Below, piece by piece: positions 25,865-28,614 of a stretch of 28,614 nt of DNA. The notes beneath the pieces were generated by a model, which saw nothing but the letters and a program-made list of their open reading frames with translations, did not search any database and had not been told where the DNA came from. This stretch comes from an uncultured Planctomycetia bacterium (GTDB lineage: Bacteria; Omnitrophota; Gorgyraeia; Tantalellales; Tantalellaceae): positions 1 to 28,614 of the forward strand of contig CAYPYT010000002.1 in the NCBI GenBank assembly GCA_964415105.1. Direction: 5' to 3'. A program made the translations under genes and the position numbers. Positions within the stretch are counted from its first letter, which is position 1; every line of letters starts with the position of its first letter.

Positions 25865-26635
25865 TTATTTTTCCCACTCTTCAGGATAAATAACAATGTT
25901 GACAAAATTAAAAACAGGCAGAGGGCCGACATACATAAACTTTATCCTCTCCTTGTATTTTTCGCCCAGATCATCCGTTATGTTATCAAATTCTTTTTCT
26001 CTGCCTTTATCTACCAAAAAGGCGGCATTCATAAACATTTCGTCGCCAATAGTCGTGTTAAGCTTAAAATCAAAGACCGTTCTTCTCAGCGCGTCAACGA
26101 TCTCTTCGGTCTCCTCCTTTTTCTTCTTTTCCAAGACCTTCTCCACCATTTTGCCAATTTCCATTTTGGCCTGAATATTTTTATTATTTTTGCCGTTCTG
26201 AATATCCTCTTTTTTTCTTTTGATCGCTTTATCCTCATCCACGATTTCTTTGAAGATTACATCCATATTCTTCCATGCACCTTTAAGTCCTAACTCTATT
26301 TTGTGATCCACATCACGTAACGCGTTCTTAAATTCTCTTTCTCTTCTGCCAAGAAGATTTCTTATCTCATCGGCGCTTGAGGCGATGGTCCCGAACCTGA
26401 CCGGAAGCACGCTGTCAAATTCCTTCATCACTTCCTCAATCACCCTTTCATGAGCAAGCATATTCTCCCGATTAACGATAAATTTAGTTATAGGATGACT
26501 ACTCACAACCATGCTCAGGTCATTATGACCGATAGTCAGAACATCGTCACCCCTTGAACCTATTCCTTTAAGCCCAAAGTGCCTTTCCTGTCTTGCGGCA
26601 ATAACACAATAAATATATTTTCCTTCACTCTCCAT
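25865..26635 (-). CDS. GvpL/GvpF family gas vesicle protein
   Basis: GKYIYCV, AHERVIEEVM, VLPVRFGTIA, NAAFLV and GPLPVFNFV. Paralog of its downstream neighbour. Confidence 0.9.
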   Translation of the reverse strand: MESEGKYIYCVIAARQERHFGLKGIGSRGDDVLTIGHNDLSMVVSSHPITKFIVNRENMLAHERVIEEVMKEFDSVLPVRFGTIASSADEIRNLLGRREREFKNALRDVDHKIELGLKGAWKNMDVIFKEIVDEDKAIKRKKEDIQNGKNNKNIQAKMEIGKMVEKVLEKKKKEETEEIVDALRRTVFDFKLNTTIGDEMFMNAAFLVDKGREKEFDNITDDLGEKYKERIKFMYVGPLPVFNFVNIVIYPEEWEK

Positions 26636-27708
26636 TATTCCTTCACCTTTACTAAAATTGAACTTTTTTGAAAATCCCCTTCCTTAAACGAACAACTTTC
26701 ACCCTGACAATATTCCAATAAGGCTTTATGAGCGCGGCCAGCATCATCAAATTCTTTTTCCGCGGTATGGCTTCCCGGATTTTTATCGGGATGCGAAGAA
26801 ACGGCTTTTACATGATACGCCTTTTTTATATCTTCTTTGACCGCGGATTCATTTAAAAGACCTAATTTTTCCTTAGCCCAAACAATCTCTTCGAATTCCA
26901 GCTTCTTTACCTCTAAGGCATAAAAGCTGTACGGCGGAAGGGGACCAACACATCTAAAATTTACTTTCTCATTAAACTTATCATTTAACTCTTCTACTTT
27001 TTTGTCAAAGTCTCCCCGCTTATCTTTGTCTATTAGAAAGGCGGCATTGACCAGCATTTTATCATCCATAAGTTCGTGGGTTTTAAAATCTACGCAAAAT
27101 GTTTTTAAGGTATCCTGTATTTCTTTGGCAATATTATCTCTTTTTTTATCCAAAGTCTTTTTGAGCATAAAGCCCGCCTTCATTTGATCCTCCGCGGTAA
27201 TCGCTTTGGGGTTACTCAAAAGTTTTTCTTTAAACTCTTTTATCTCTTTTTCTTCCCCTGCCTCTTTAATAATGGAATCAAAATCACTCCATGTGCCGGC
27301 AATGTCTATTTCTATTTTATCTTTTATTTTCGTAAAAATTTCTTTTATGAGATTATATCCTTTGATTAGAACGTCCCTGACTTCATCTTCATCACGCGCG
27401 AATGTCCCGAATTGCATGGGAATAATTGTAACTTGCGTAGTCATGACTTTTTCAATAACCGTTTGATGACTAATCAACAGTCTTGATAGAACGTCCTTGC
27501 TCATACGCGTAGGGTTTATTATTTCAGAGTCTCTTACCAAAGCCGCGATATCCTGATAGACAACCGTATATGCCATGTTAGATTCACTTTCTTCTAACCC
27601 GGCGCGGCAGACCTTACCCGCGCCTGCTTGAGAAGGATCTGAAAGAAGACCCTTCGGAATGGAAAGATGCAGACTTGTGTTCGAATTTAAAATCCCATAA
27701 ATATACAT
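26635..27708 (-). CDS. GvpL/GvpF family protein fused to a C-terminal J-domain
   Basis: GvpF/L motifs (IIPMQFGT, NAAFLI, GPLPPYSF), then AKEKLGL...DIKKAYH......HPDKNP...KEFD...AHKAL with an intact HPD motif. Confidence 0.88.
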   Translation of the reverse strand: MYIYGILNSNTSLHLSIPKGLLSDPSQAGAGKVCRAGLEESESNMAYTVVYQDIAALVRDSEIINPTRMSKDVLSRLLISHQTVIEKVMTTQVTIIPMQFGTFARDEDEVRDVLIKGYNLIKEIFTKIKDKIEIDIAGTWSDFDSIIKEAGEEKEIKEFKEKLLSNPKAITAEDQMKAGFMLKKTLDKKRDNIAKEIQDTLKTFCVDFKTHELMDDKMLVNAAFLIDKDKRGDFDKKVEELNDKFNEKVNFRCVGPLPPYSFYALEVKKLEFEEIVWAKEKLGLLNESAVKEDIKKAYHVKAVSSHPDKNPGSHTAEKEFDDAGRAHKALLEYCQGESCSFKEGDFQKSSILVKVKE

Positions 27709-27736
27709 TTCTTGCCTTTCTATGATATTCCCCTCA

Positions 27737-27863
27737 TGTCATTGCGAGCCCCGCTCGAACGAAGGGGGAGGGCAAAACAATCTCTGCACGTACAATATTG
27801 CGACAACTACCGCGCGGGCGTGCCAAAATCGTTTCGGCTGATTTTGTCAGCCTCGCAATGACA
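27737..27863. repeat. 127-bp palindromic miniature element with TGTCATTGCGAG termini (similar to Rickettsia palindromic elements)
   Basis: Perfect 12-bp terminal inverted repeats TGTCATTGCGAG / CTCGCAATGACA, internal CAATCTC motif and CAAAATC/GATTTTG hairpin. Confidence 0.7.
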
Positions 27864-27892
27864 ATGGCAAAAAAAACTCCCAATTACTGCTA

Positions 27893-27976
27893 TTACGGCA
27901 CTTTTGGTTTTTTCTTAAAAATACCGCCAAAAAACTTCTTAATCCCTCCAACTAAACCCTTGATTAATTTGAACAT
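27893..27976 (-). CDS. Putative 27-aa cationic amphipathic peptide
   Basis: ATG 1 nt after the cdc48 stop, with GGAGG 9 nt upstream; MFKLIKGLVGGIKKFFGGIFKKKPKVP*. Confidence 0.55.
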   Translation of the reverse strand: MFKLIKGLVGGIKKFFGGIFKKKPKVP

Positions 27977-27977
27977 G

Positions 27978-28613
27978 TTATTCAGCCTCCTTTCTTTTTG
28001 TGCCTCTGGCGCCCGCTAATTCCAAAGCTTTTTCAAAATGACTCCCCGTGATCTTTAAATCCGTATGAACCGTTTCTGTTCCTCTACGCTCAATATATTC
28101 TCTTATTGCTATCATGGAAGCCTTCCTGCATATAAATTCGATGTCCGAGCCTACTTTTCCTTCAGTTTTTCCTGCTAATTCTTTGAAATTTACTTCCCTG
28201 GTCAATGGTTTGTTCTTAGTGTGTATCCTAAATATCTCTTCTCTGGTCTTCTCGTCAGGTTTCCTCAGTTCAAATAAAATATCGAACCTGCCCGAGCGTA
28301 ATATAGCCGGGTCAACCATATCAAGCCTGTTGGTAGCCGCTATGACGACAACCCCCTTCAATTCTTCTATTCCATCCATCTCCGTCAGAAATTGACTTAT
28401 CACCCGTTCTGTTACATGGGCGTCGGTAGAGCTCGAGCCGCGTCTCGGGACAACGCTGTCTATCTCGTCAAAAAAAAGAATCGTGGGAGAAGCCTGTTTC
28501 GCTATCTTAAAAACCTCGCGGATCGCCCTTTCACTTTCGCCTACATACTTGGATACAAGCGCCGGCCCTTTCACCGAGATGAAGTTAACCCCGCTTTCAG
28601 TGGCGATCGCTTT
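27978..28613 (-). CDS. CDC48/p97(VAT)-family AAA+ ATPase, C-terminal D2 part (5' end outside the window)
   Basis: KAIATE..VNFISVKGP.L.SKYVGESERAIRE.F, Walker B FFDEIDS, SRH ATNRLD..DPA.LR.GRFD. The frame is open to the window edge. Confidence 0.92.
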   Translation of the reverse strand, partial: KAIATESGVNFISVKGPALVSKYVGESERAIREVFKIAKQASPTILFFDEIDSVVPRRGSSSTDAHVTERVISQFLTEMDGIEELKGVVVIAATNRLDMVDPAILRSGRFDILFELRKPDEKTREEIFRIHTKNKPLTREVNFKELAGKTEGKVGSDIEFICRKASMIAIREYIERRGTETVHTDLKITGSHFEKALELAGARGTKRKEAE

Positions 28614-28614
28614 A

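Noticed and set aside
160-28395. Numerous short plus-strand ORFs in the track (e.g. 638..871, 5734..6054, 17345..18007, 23870..24301)
   Set aside because: They are antisense shadows of well-supported minus-strand genes, with no RBS or family motifs.

Overview
AT-rich bacterial window with almost all genes on the minus strand. The large secreted protein is reminiscent of Omnitrophota/PVC-type genomes, but that taxonomy is my inference only. Left to right: a ~1420-aa secreted modular protein; a repeat-punctuated accessory stretch (STAS/SEC14 protein, DUF1016/YhcG remnant, dinD) downstream of tRNA-Ser(UGA); an M50-like peptidase and serS; a scar zone (hydrolase remnant, mobile mystery protein A with a triple operator, a 10-codon stub of its Fic partner); recQ, a hypothetical, archease and corA; a phosphate module (phoB/phoR-like pair, 4x11-bp Pho-box-like repeat, Na/Pi cotransporter, DUF2490 barrel); a Pif1-like helicase with a G-quadruplex motif over its start codon; a REP-associated tyrosine transposase (RAYT) between perfect 29-bp inverted repeats, whose relatives are scattered through the window; bactofilin; and a gas-vesicle gene cluster. 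The cluster has four GvpF/L paralogs (one fused to a J-domain), GvpG, GvpO, GvpK, two GvpA/J/S-family proteins, a Cys-rich protein, a possible TraB/Tiki-fold protein, an unannotated 27-aa amphipathic peptide and a CDC48-type AAA ATPase cut by the right edge. The best candidates for undescribed biology are the chaperone/unfoldase-equipped gas-vesicle operon and the RAYT/REP system, whose repeats coincide with stop codons and gene truncation points. No CRISPR array, rRNA or integrase was seen.
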